DNA of 64,000 nucleotides from Lytechinus pictus (lineage: Eukaryota): positions 310,001-374,000 of the forward strand of contig NC_087245.1 of the NCBI RefSeq assembly GCF_037042905.1, given 5' to 3'. Shown here piece by piece: positions 25,856 through 37,714 of this stretch (positions are counted from its first letter, which is position 1; every line of letters starts with the position of its first letter). The notes beneath the pieces are model-generated. The model made no database searches. It saw only the letters and a list, made by a program, of their open reading frames with translations, and was not told the DNA's origin. A program made the translations under genes and the position numbers.

Positions 25856-26234
25856 AGCAATCATGTTTTTATTCATGACTTCGCTCAAAGATCACAATTA
25901 CTTGCATTTTAGTGCTCACTTTTGTGAAAAAATAGTTTTCCCTATTCATATTGTACATAAGAGAGTATACAGGGGTCTATGGTGGCCATTTTGAATATCA
26001 AGAAAAAAATTTCTCAAAATCATATTTTATAGCCAATGTGCGGGCAATTGTATGATTTTCATGGGTAATTTGCATATTTTGGCGGCCATATTGGATTTTG
26101 CCAATTTGTGGAAAATGCTTAAGGTTACACGAGTGGCATCATTTAGATTCGTACTCGGCACCCTCGAATTGAAAGGAAACCATCGAAAAATATTGTATAT
26201 ATGAAAAAAAAAGTTTTAGTCCATTTTCTATTGG

Positions 26235-28824
26235 GGGTCATTCCATCTGGATTCACCCAGTGGTTGCACCCGACCCTCTCAGTTTTTGTTGTAAATTGGT
26301 ACACATACAATTCCCCATGGCCCAAACACAAAACAAAAAAATTAGTCAAATCGGTCCGTCGGTTCTCGCGCTACGGCCAGCCCTTTTCTCATTGTTTTGA
26401 CAAAAATGGGCGTGACTTTCAACTTTCAATGGCCATTGCGTCGTAACGTGTTGACCAATTTTCACGAAACTGGTACCATTCAAAAGGAAATTAGAGAGAA
26501 ATCCCAAACATGCATCAAATAATGTATTGCAGCGATTTAAAAGGTCATGACCTTTGACCTAAACTTTGACCTTAAGTTTGACTCCCGGACAAATAATTTT
26601 TTTAACTTGATTTTCGTGTCTGTTAATTATTAGTATGATATGGATAAAATATGTTAAAACCAATGATGATATTTCATTCCTTCACCTTTTAAAACCCTTC
26701 CAAAGATACCAAGTATCTGATCTGAAATTTCACTCTAGTCCCACATACTGATATTCATGTTAGTAAAGTGTTTACCAGTCCAATGATATATGATTTCTTC
26801 CAATCTTAAGTTACAGTATGCAAACAGATGAAAAGAAATTAAGCTCATCAGTTAACAAATGAAACATTAAACACTTATGCTCATGAATAGGTATCTGTTT
26901 TATAGGCATTTTGATGTTGGGCAATATATAATAACTCATTATTAGAAAACTGCTGGGAACTGCAATATACTGCTTTCTAGCTCCCCCTAAGTGAAAACAC
27001 CCTTGAGATCCTTGAAGCATCAGCGTTGGATACATTCTGTATAATGATGATGCTAGAGATGGATGATCAATTGGACAGATAATATTGTATCTAGCTACCC
27101 AGCAGGTATCCTTTTCGCTGCCTCCCCATTGAAAAAAGACAATAACTTCATATTGCACAAGTTGAGATATTAAGCATTTTTTGTTTTTCCAAAGCTGCTC
27201 ATAACTATTTTATTTCTTTTTTACAATATTCTTTTATCATCAAATTGTTGAGTGTATATATGCCTATTTGTATTTAAGGCTCCCAAAACAAATATTTTGT
27301 TTCTTTTTTTTTTAGATATTGAAGAAATGTACCGTAGATAGGCCTCCTCTGGGAAAGTCAAAGCGAATGCTCGTTTTCTCCATGGAAAAAAGCTGTACAT
27401 TTACATGTATCTACAGGTGGACCAGAATTCCATTCAGTTTTATTATCACTTGCTTCATTACCATGAAATAATGTGTCATTGTGTACATGTATTTCAAGGG
27501 GAAAATAATACCTTAGATACACAGAGGGCGCCCTGATGAAAATAAGTTTAATACACATGTTCTTCATCTGTGGGTACTGCATTTAACTGAGTATTTGCTT
27601 AAATTCTACATTTACACCAATATGTCAAAACGTAACAACAAAATTTATATGGGGGTTTTGGCCTGAAATAGGCATTCTACAATTTGATGATAAAGGAATA
27701 CCTTAGAAATAAAATAGTATGGAGTGACTAATAAAAAAAGGTTTATGCTTAATATATTATCTTGTGCAAAATGTAGAAACTGCGTTTTGCCGATTTACTA
27801 AAAGTTACTTTTCAGAAAGCAATTAGGAAAACTGAATGTGTCATGTGAAAAAAAGTGGCTTACTGACTACTTTTCTGAAAAAAAAAACTGAAAAAAAAGT
27901 CAGACACTGCGTTTTTCCATAGGGGGTGCAGTGTACAGATGGATAAATGTACCTGCTGGATAGTTAGAAACAATATTGTCTCTCCAATCGATCATCCATC
28001 TCTAACATCATCATCATCATCAAGGATCTGAAGGATGTATCCACTTTGGGGGAGTACGTACAGCTTACTAGAAAGCAGGATATTGCAGTTCCCAGCAGTT
28101 TTCTAATAATGAGTTATTATATATTGCCCAACTGAACATCAAAATGCCTAAACAGATACCTATTCATGAGCATAAATGTTTAATGTTTCATTTGTTAACT
28201 GATGAGTTTAATTTCTTTTCATCTGTTTGCATACTGTAATTTAAGATTGGAAGAAATCATATATCAAAGGGCTGGTAAACACTTTACTAACATGAATATC
28301 AGTATGTGGGACTAGAGTGAAATTTCAGATCAGATACTTGGTATCTTTGGAAGAGTTTTAAAAGGTGAAGAAATAAAATATCATCATTGGTTTTAACATA
28401 TTTTGTCAATATTATACTAATAATTAACATACACGAAAATCAAGTTAAAAAATTATTTGTCCGGGGGTCAAACTCAAGGTCAAAGTAAAGGTCAAAGGTC
28501 ATGACCTTATAAATCGCTCCAATACATTATTTGATGCATGTTTGGATTCCTCTCTGAATTTCCTTTTGAATGGTTCCAGTTTCGTGAAAATTTGGTCAAC
28601 ACGTAACGAAGCAATGGCCGTTGAAAGTTGAAGGTCGCGCCCATTTTTGTCAAAACAAGGAGAAAAGGGCGGGCTGTAGCGCGAAAACCGACGGACCGAT
28701 TTGACTTATTTTTTTGTTTTGTGCTTGGGCCATGGGGAATTTTATGTGTACAAATTACAACGAATTCTGAGAGGGTCGGGTGCAAAATTGCACATTCATT
28801 GGGTGAATCGGCATGGAATGACCC
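26235..28824. mobile_element. 2,590-bp foldback with ~0.9-kb TIRs and 4-bp TSD (Sola2-like, non-autonomous)
   Basis: TTGG|GGGTCATTCCAT...ATGGAATGACCC|TTGG; arms 26235-27110 and 27950-28824 are inverted homologs; weaker symmetry continues inward. Confidence 0.85.
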
Positions 28825-29149
28825 TTGGGCCTATCCTAGATTATTACTTGCGCTATCATTAGAGGTCTAAATGTTGCATTAGTTTGAACTTCAGCATATT
28901 GAAGATATAAAGAACAAATACTAACAAGGCTGAGAACAAGGGGGAGACCAGATGAAAAAGAGGAAGAAGAAAAAGAGGAGGAGGGGGGGGGGGGAGAATA
29001 AAAATGCTGCGCTCCTGGATTATGCCAGTCATACAAGTATGTCTTCAATATCATGCAATTTTGATTTTTTTTTAAATAGCTATATAGTGGCTAACAACCC
29101 AGTATCCATCGCTTCCTACCCACTTCCAAATTAATCATGAAGAGACAGA

Positions 29150-29330
29150 AATAGAAATTGGCGCCATTCCCTTTTAATTCATCGTACGAAGCGAATGCTT
29201 ATTTGTACAAAAAACCGTGTGTGCACGTGGTTGCCTAGAGTTACTTCCAGCTAGATCACGTGATCGCACGCGATAGCGAATACAGGAAAAACGTGATCAT
29301 TGGGGAGAGGAAATCGAGATGCAGAAAATA
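29150..29330. promoter_or_regulatory. Candidate promoter/enhancer (E-boxes, RFX-like half site, CpG-rich)
   Basis: CACGTG at 29224-29229, GTTGCCTAG at 29230-29238, palindrome GATCACGTGATC at 29254-29265, local CpG enrichment at the start of the repeat-poor zone upstream of the gene. Confidence 0.4.
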
Positions 29331-29891
29331 AAAATATTTCATCGTTATTCGTCTGACGGTTTATATATATTGAAGAAAATAAGATGACAATTAGTATACA
29401 ACAATTTTTATTTTCATCGACGATTGCTCATAATGCAGTATCCGTTGGTATAGATAGCCCATAGCCCATAATATTCTAATGGATGCCGGTGTAAACATAA
29501 GATAAAATGCAAAGGAAATGGGGTCTACGGATAGTTTATGGCTACCTCTAGAGTTAATGGCAAGTAGTTCATGAATAGGTAAAATGTACTATAGTTTTGG
29601 ATAGACTTTATTATAATTATGATGAGAAAAGTCCCTGATCGTATATCATGATATGGAAATACATTTGTATTCACCATAAGGTCATTGTCCTATTCATCTT
29701 TCTCCAGTATTGCCTGGCTTCGATATTACTCAGTTATGGTTTACCGTAATGTGTCATATTCCATCAGTCTACGCATCATATTTCAATATTTGATGACCGT
29801 ACTCTCCCAAGAACACCAATATATTCAGCTCTGATTAAGTTTTTTATTATTTATTATGACTTACATTGCATTATTCCATCATTAAATCAAA

Positions 29892-30138
29892 CACTAAATA
29901 AAATATCCGTAATTACAGAAGGTAAATTTCTGGTCAACTTGCTGCGCGACTTCCAACCGTAAATTTTGCGGTGTGTCGTAAAATTTTGGGACTTTTACAC
30001 CGATTCTACCGTTGATTTCAATTTTTGGTAAATTTTACGCTATTTTCACCGTGAAATTGGGCCGGAAAAACTACAGTTTCCCCGTAAAGCATACGGTTTC
30101 TCGGTAAAAAAAAAATTACGGTAATTTTGTTTACAGTG
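29892..30138. mobile_element. Degenerate CAC..GTG MITE
   Basis: aa|CACTAAATAAAAT...ATTTTGTTTACAGTG|aa with internal accgtaa/ttacggt motifs. Confidence 0.55.
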
Positions 30139-30304
30139 AATGTTCCGGTAAATTGTTGCTTAATGCCAAGTTTTTTCTGATTAAGGGCGCATTGTTGGTA
30201 TGATATCAATTGGTTTCAATAATTGTTTTCATATTTATTTCTTTATAGAGCGCTAGGAGACATTACACTGTAATTTGCGCTTCATAAAAACTTAGTATTA
30301 CGCT

Positions 30305-30375
30305 ATACGACTATTACTACCACTACTACTACTGCTACTACTGCAATAGGCCTGCATGTACTACTACTGCTGCTG

Positions 30376-30429
<54 letters not shown>

Positions 30430-30480
30430 GCTACTACTAGTAGTGGTATTAGTACTAATACTACCACTATTAGTAGTATC
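30305..30480. repeat. (TAC)n microsatellite
   Basis: Long ctactacta run directly after a gagcgc...gcgcttcataaa retroposon-like tail. Confidence 0.95.
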
Positions 30481-32735
30481 ATTGCATTGGCACCAATTGG
30501 CGACAGTGCTTTGTTCTTGCTCCATATTCCTATTCCGCCGTAGGCTAATCATCATCACCTTCTTCCCCCAGATCTTATTCGTTTAACACGTGGTTCTTGT
30601 GTTCCCTGCCCAGGTCCCTTCCTCGTTTTGATGGCAATTACGCGTATCAGTAATTTTGTAATTCCGCGGTCCTTGATTTTATTTCCAACACGTTAAATAT
30701 CTTAAAATGATAGTGGTTTGTTGTTTATCCACCCTCCACACTTGAGTCGTTCCACTCGCTATGAGCATAAAAGCATGAGGGAGCTGAAATGAGAACGCTT
30801 TATCAAATACAGGAAACCGATCTGTGGTGAAAATGTCAAGATACTCGAGGGGTTCGCAGTGCCGGATAGGAGAGAATCGATCGTACTTATGTAGGGACTT
30901 TAGTGAAGCTATAAAGAGGCGCCATGGATGACTGTCTCTCAACAAGGTTTATACGACTATATTCACACAGTATAGCCCAATGATATCACGGGTGATAATG
31001 ATGAGGATGATAATAATCATAATTAAGGTGATAACAATACTAATGATTAAAACGGTAATGCAAATTATAACATTATACTACTACTAATGATAGTAAGAGT
31101 GATAATGCAAACTATAAAAAAATTTGTAATGATAAAAAATAATTATACGTTATTCAAACAATAATGATATTAATTGAAAAAACAACAATTATATAAATAA
31201 GGAGGATGCATCGTGGAAGGAATCTTCATCGCTAGTGAAATCTAAGACGATTATATTGTGTACATTAGTGATTCCAGACTGAATATTAAGTGCCCATATG
31301 ATCCTTGATTGATTTTGTCATTTATTCGCAGAATTAAAAGCAATGAACAAAAATATATAAATCTACAAACATAATAGTTGAAGGGAAAGTCCATCCAGAG
31401 GAAGACTCTCATGAGATACACGAGAGAAATATACCTGCCAATATGCCTTTGTCTCTTGATATTTATGCCTACATGATGGAGATACACAGATACTATTTCT
31501 AATCACCTAGAGTATTTCTAATAAACAGAGATATGGATGTTGATTGTATTGGGGACGATAAACAAGGTCAATTTCCTTCGATATGCCCTTCAGTATTTTA
31601 ATCAGTCAGAACGCGAGAGAACGATGCTTTTCAGAATACTGATGCATACAAATTTTGATGAGATATTTTGATTATGGTAGTAAACGCAAAATATAGATTC
31701 ATTTAAGTTATACATAGGCTTTATAGAGTAACCTAACTAGCACAAGACTTATAGTCGCTATATAATTATATATTGTATTGTATTCATTCCTTGGCGCAAA
31801 CTGCATTTCCATTACCATGATTATATTCGACCTTCTTTAGACAACTTATGGCGTTATACCAACGGGCTTCTGATAGCAACGCATCACGTCACTACGGGGA
31901 ACCCGATGGGCTATAAGCTGGCCAACATCACTGGGATATCGTGCCAATTATTTCTACTCCCGCATAATGTGCGTCCTTTTAACACAAATCATTGTAGCGT
32001 CACTCATCACATTTATTAGTTCTCTCAGATGATAAAGGAGTGAGATTTCCATTTTAAACACAATAGTGTTACATCAGTACCGCTCTGTTTAAACTTTCAT
32101 CACGCTAAAAGGTATGCAAATAGTGATTTTATTGCGAGTGCTAAAGGTGCATCTACTATCTGACTATTGTCAAATGTGGATTTTTAGACGTCTAAAACTC
32201 AAATGAACGCTTTGGTTTAAAAATTAGAATTGGAGAGCAATATTAGTAGTCATTTATTCATGTGATTGTCTGGCTATCATTCTCATAAAAAAGGAAGGTA
32301 AGTGATTTTTGCAAGAAGACGATGTAGCAGCGTTTCATGTTGTGACCGGACCGGAAAGGTGTTTCATAAAGCTGTTCGGAAGTTACGAAAGACTGATGAT
32401 CCTTACTTGAGGAAAGCTATGCGCGTAAAATTTATATTGGTGTGGATTTAGCTCGTACGACAGGGTCACCAGTCGTTTGTAAACTCGCTAAATGGTAATA
32501 GACGAACTGTTGATTAGACGAAGTGATGATTGAACAAAATGGCTATGAACCAAATGGTTGTTACTTGTTCGACAAAGTGTTGATGGACGGCATGACATTA
32601 GAATAAAGGAAGGTAGACCATGTGATGAGTGGATTTATGTATTATTGTTTTTTTTTTTTATTATTAATAGACGAATTGGCACGTTACCTTCATTAAACAC
32701 ATCCAAGACATAACAATGTCTGATGTAGAACGTAT

Positions 32736-32990
32736 ACTCTGTAAAAAAAATATTGGGTAAAATGTTTACCAACACGAGGGTAATTATGTGTCCAACCAAT
32801 TTGGGCAGTATTTTACCCAATGCGGGAAGCATATTGTCCAGTAAGGTTTAAAAAATAAGCAGCAAGTACTTTAGCATGGGCACAATTTTCATCACGCTGG
32901 ATAGATAAAAATGCCCAAAAGAAATGCACAATGTCGGTTGGACACATAATTACCCTTATGGAGCACTTTTACCTAATATGTTTTAGAGTG
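32736..32990. mobile_element. CAC-terminal MITE (EnSpm-like)
   Basis: Inverted termini ctctgtaaaaaaaatattgggtaaaa / ttttacctaatatgttttagagtg, TA flanks; same family as 25612. Confidence 0.65.
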
Positions 32991-34390
32991 TACCTGATAA
33001 ACTTGGTACTATACGTGTATTTGTTAATAAACAATACAATCAAAGAAAACGTCAATATTACCAGTAATGGCTTGGCACACCTTTAATTTCACTCCGTATA
33101 GAGAGAGAGGGGGGGGGGGGGAGCTTGGAGGTCCTGCATCCCTATAAAAAATCCATGACAAACTAAAAGGGAAATATATATAAATAATAAAGAAAAGGAG
33201 GAAAGGGGGCGAAGACGAATTAAGCAATGAAGGCACTTTCTGTGTAAAATTTATGAATTTCATAACTGAAATAATGTGTCAGTAATTTAGTGCATAAATA
33301 TATTGTCTTCGATGAGAATGCCCTATGTCCACGTGAAACATATTAATCACTTTCATTTTCTTTTTGTTTCTAAGTTTTCTAGCAATATAATAATATTTCT
33401 ATTGTTCGAACAGTGCGATCACGTTTAATCGTTTAATGAATAGATTTTAGAATAAAACCGAATGGCAAAATGAAAGTGGCTCACCAATGCATGACATACA
33501 CATATACCAAAATCTTTTATCAGACAGTGCTCCTGAGTCACAAAGTGACATTTTGACCTTATAGCACTACCTGCAAGTGATATATCTTTAATGCTCGAAA
33601 AATGCAACATATCGGCTGATATTGCATCACTGTGACATGCTTGTACTTGTACGTTCATGAGAAATAAAAAAATATGACGATTGAACACTCGCTCGCGTTG
33701 TTCGCGCATATCAATGTGTATGAATAAATTCCATGAATTTCACCATTAAATTTATTGCCTTGCTCAGAGGATTATTTCGATTAAAAATAGAATGCAACAA
33801 ATATGCCTCAGAGTGGCAGATATCGTGATATATAGCTCGCCAATTCCTAGCTGTAATTGGGTTGATTAAACTATGCCATGTATTTATGACCAAAATAACA
33901 ATAAAATAACGGTTTGATCTGGAACGTCAATGTCCGAACACGAACCATTATTTTTATCGTTCTTACATTATTTTTATCGTTCTTACATTATTATGAGAAA
34001 GTAATTGTAAATATTATGATAAAAGCACAAGTGTACAAATGAAATTGGAGGTTCTGTCACAGTGGTTAAGTGATCGAAGGAGCCTCACTTAACACATTCT
34101 GGTTTCGATTCCCTTAATGGCATGTACTAGCCTTGCTGTTTTATCATTTATTATGAAAAGACTTAAAGTATTATTCATATCGAGGTGTGCGCGCGTTTTT
34201 TTTACCCACTGCACGTACAGGCTATTTTCTCTTCATCAACAAATCAAAAAGGTAGAGACGCTATTTGACCGCATTGGCCTCAGTGTCCATAATTCCTTTA
34301 AATCATCCGTTGATAAACTATTGATGTTCATTTATCCATGATCGGTGAGCATATCATTTACTACGTTTATTTATTGTTTCTTTTATCCAG

Positions 34391-35004
34391 GTGATACTAA
34401 CGATTTCCACCATGCTACCCACGCGATTCTTACAAAGCATCAAACAGCCGCCTAATATATAATGGGAGGAAATCTTTGCCTGTCCAGATGATGTGATCTT
34501 CAGCCTCTAACACACATTCACGTCATTGCTAGATTTTGATGGGATAATTGAAGACAGTGTGCAGAAAGTATTGTAACGTGTTAAAAAATTGTCTTTTACG
34601 TCCGCCAACTTCTTGAACCTTTCGCCTTCTGGAAAAATAATCTTAGATACAGGCGATGGTGGTATGTCACAGGGAGTTTCCATGGAAATTATTGAAGAGT
34701 AAACTCCTGAGCATCGAGAAGGGAGCCGCTTAATCGTTCGAGATGTATTCTACTATGTTTCTATCGCTTTCCCATATTAATAGACAAAATATGGTTAATA
34801 GCATAATGTAATGAGTTGGATATGGGAATCTAATTGACTTGAGGATCAATTACGGAACTAATTTCGCAGACATCGGTTCTTGAAGAATCGTCATGCTCTC
34901 TTTGAATTCATGACAAACAGAGTCTACATACTGCTTCGTAGCTGAAGTTCGTCATCATACACCGCATCGTCGATATTCTCTTGTGGGATAGTCAATCAAT
35001 CACG
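34391..35004 (+). other. Putative 5' UTR part of the first coding exon
   Basis: Strong acceptor tttattgtttcttttatccAG|G at 34390, followed by non-repetitive sequence up to the ATG at 35005. No transcript evidence is available. Confidence 0.5.
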
Positions 35005-35673
35005 ATGGGTTTGCTAAAGAAACGATCGAGCAGCGGTTCGACACAGCCGATGGTTAGGAGTGTATCACCCGACATCGAGCTCAGCACCGTGATGGACACG
35101 GAGTTGGTCGCTAAGGCTTACGGGAAGCGAGACTTAGAGGGCAAGAAACCCCGACCTCGTCGGTACAATCCCTTCCACCGAGCCTTTGACTCAAGTGACA
35201 TGGAAACATCGTATCAAAAATTCTTTGTTCGACGTCGTCTTGAGACACTGCCTGTTATGATAGCCTTCTCATTCTTCTTTGACGTGGTGGTCTTAATAAT
35301 CTATTATCTTGATATAAACAATCCTAAGCGTGTTGTAGCTATTTCAATCATGGCTATATGTGCCGTCACTAATTTGATCCTCTTCTCCTTAGCGCGCTAT
35401 CGCCTTATCTCGGATTGGTCGCTTACGCGCATCATGCCATACCTTATATGGAGCCTGGTATGCGCACAGTCATTCTTGGACCTAGGGCTATACTATCAAC
35501 CGTTGATGCCAAGTGATGGGGCTGGCTGGCAAGTGTTTTTCATATTTGCCTCTTTCACCATGTTACCCGTGCCTTTGGGAGCCATGATACTCCTTAGTAC
35601 TATCGCTATCACCATACACTGCCTCATGGTTGGAGTACTCTCCTTGGCTAACACTGATTATATGGCTGAACAG
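35005..35673 (+). CDS. ADCY3: Adenylyl cyclase type 3-like, first coding exon (N-terminus and most of the M1 transmembrane cluster)
   Basis: ATG in strong context (cacgATGg) inside ORF 34981-35694. The peptide FDSSDMETSYQKFFVRRRLETL...IMPYLIWSLVCAQ...SDGAGWQVFFIFASFTMLP resembles vertebrate ADCY3 as recalled (LENLYQTYFKRQRHETL...VPYLLWLLISAQ...SDTVGWQ.FFVFSFFITLP). Ends at CAG|GTAAGC donor, phase 0, 669 nt. Confidence 0.93.
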
Positions 35674-36237
35674 GTAAGCAATTTATGTATCTAGCTCATA
35701 CTGCATTCTATTTTAAGTTAAATCAGCGACCTCGGAAACGCTAGGGGTGGGGTTGGGGGTTCGGTTCCACACACTTTTTTCAATAAATTTGTACAAAAAA
35801 AAACATAAAAGATATAAATTTGTTGTGATTTTCCGCATTGATCAGACCCCCCTCCTCCGGACGCAAATGTGAATATTTATGACTTCGGAATAAGAGTACG
35901 CATGCGCGTGGACTATATCTATATCTAGATCCAATTCGTGAACACTTATCAAATTGCCATTAATGACAAGATGAAGTGCTAGGCTAGACTTTAGGGCTAG
36001 CCTAGGCTACCGACTGCATTAACTTTATCTCAAATCTGGACCTGTCTTTTCATTAATGTACAAAGAATACCCAATTTTCTAACGGTTTTTTATAGGATTT
36101 TTTTTAAACAATAGACCAAAATCATTGTAGAGTTTATCAGGTGACAATGAGATAATATGGAAAACGCTGACCCTTACATAAAACCGCTGCTAATTTGTAT
36201 ATTTTTTGTTTTGGGTCATTTAACAAAAATTGTTTTA

Positions 36238-36483
36238 CACTGCAAAAACGCCGATGTTAATTCAACATCAGCCCGGAATTTATATATGTCCACACCAGAG
36301 AACAACAACAGTTTGGTTTTGGCCTAACACCACATAGGTATTTATACAACACCAATTAGTATTACGACAGCATCGGTTTGATTCCAAACTGGTGTTGTTT
36401 CAATACTTCTCTGATGTGGACATATATACTGTATATGTATACGCCGGGCTGGTGTTAAATCAACACCGAAGATTTTCGCAGTG
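36238..36483. mobile_element. CAC..GTG MITE with TA TSD
   Basis: TA|CACTGCAAAAAC...TTTTCGCAGTG|TA; long imperfect TIR including cagcccgg/ccgggctg. Confidence 0.75.
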
Positions 36484-37714
36484 TATATAACTCTATATAC
36501 GACCATTTCTTTCAGGTTTTGTAATCAGATTTCTGAAGAAAAAAATGCGAAAGGTTTTTTTCTATCAGGTGATATTGTTTTTGTTTTCTCTTTTAAATCT
36601 CAACAACCATTATTAAGCATTATCTTTCAAAAACATTATATATCAGTCCGATAGGTTCAGTGAATATTCATTTCATTAATTTCAAAGATAGTCTAGTCTT
36701 GTTTTTTCAGTTCAAAATTATTGAACCCCCGCCCCTCACACTTTTGGCATTAGCAAAATGAGTAACATTAGAACTACAAACTATTACCAAATCAATCAAG
36801 CGATGAACAAATTATTATAAAAGAAAAGATCAAGTTTTTAAATCATGGCCCATTATAACTTGAAAATGGAACAAAATAAAAGGAGATCGACATTATTCAA
36901 CCAATATGACCCATAACCCATGGGGACCATAACGATAATTCAAAAGACAAATGCGCAGGTTTTGAGGTGACTAATATTTGATTCATCGTCCACCGGCCAA
37001 AACCTAAGCAGCAGAATTCTGCAACCGTGTAGTCTCGTTCAGACAAAGGGCCCTAGTCGGAGTAAAATTCTATTTTGCATGGATTTAAATTACAAAGCTT
37101 TTGAGTCTTAGATAGAGGGGAGACATTTTTAACTAAAATATCATCGTATTTGTTTGAATCCATGATGCCTTCATCAACGAGGGGAAATTTAAGCATCACG
37201 GACCAACCACCGTACTCACTGTATTCAAGGCGTTTTGTCTTGGTTCGAAAATAACGCACCGACATTTTTTTTCTTTTTTAAAATGGTATTTTTCAATGCC
37301 TTAAAAAGTCACACCAACTAAACCAACTCCAGCCCTTTCAAATATTGACGTATCATCTGTCAGTGTGAACTTGGTTTTCTTAGTGTGACTGACTGTTAAT
37401 TAGGAAAATGCTATTACACAACAAGCACAACGAAACATCGGTTAAACCAGTAGGATCCTCAGTCAAACATACTTTCTCGTTATTCAGTCGTGGCCTGCTT
37501 CAAATGTCTCTAAAATGAGGGTTGTGTAGTGACGGTGTCAAACAACGTGCTATACTGTGTCATCGATATGGCTTCGACTATGTTTCCATGGATACGGCAC
37601 GCTGACTGCTGATATATTTTGCATCAGCTCCCTCTTTGAAGTCGTTATGTTTGTGTCATTTGAATATATTTTATCACACATTTGCTTTCAATGCGATCCT
37701 GTCATTTACTGCCC

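Larger units (their letters stand above)
23360..28844. mobile_element. Second Academ-like foldback copy hosting a LINE fragment, a CAC-MITE and a Sola2-like element
   Basis: 23380-23680 matches 18440-18740; 25900-26234 matches 20720-21068; the terminal gcctatcctagatta resumes at 28829 after the nested insertion. Left terminus not found. Confidence 0.7.

Noticed and set aside
34981..35004. ORF-track start at TTG and C-terminal VSNLCI
   Set aside because: Eukaryotic gene: the ATG at 35005 has strong context and the frame is spliced at 35673.
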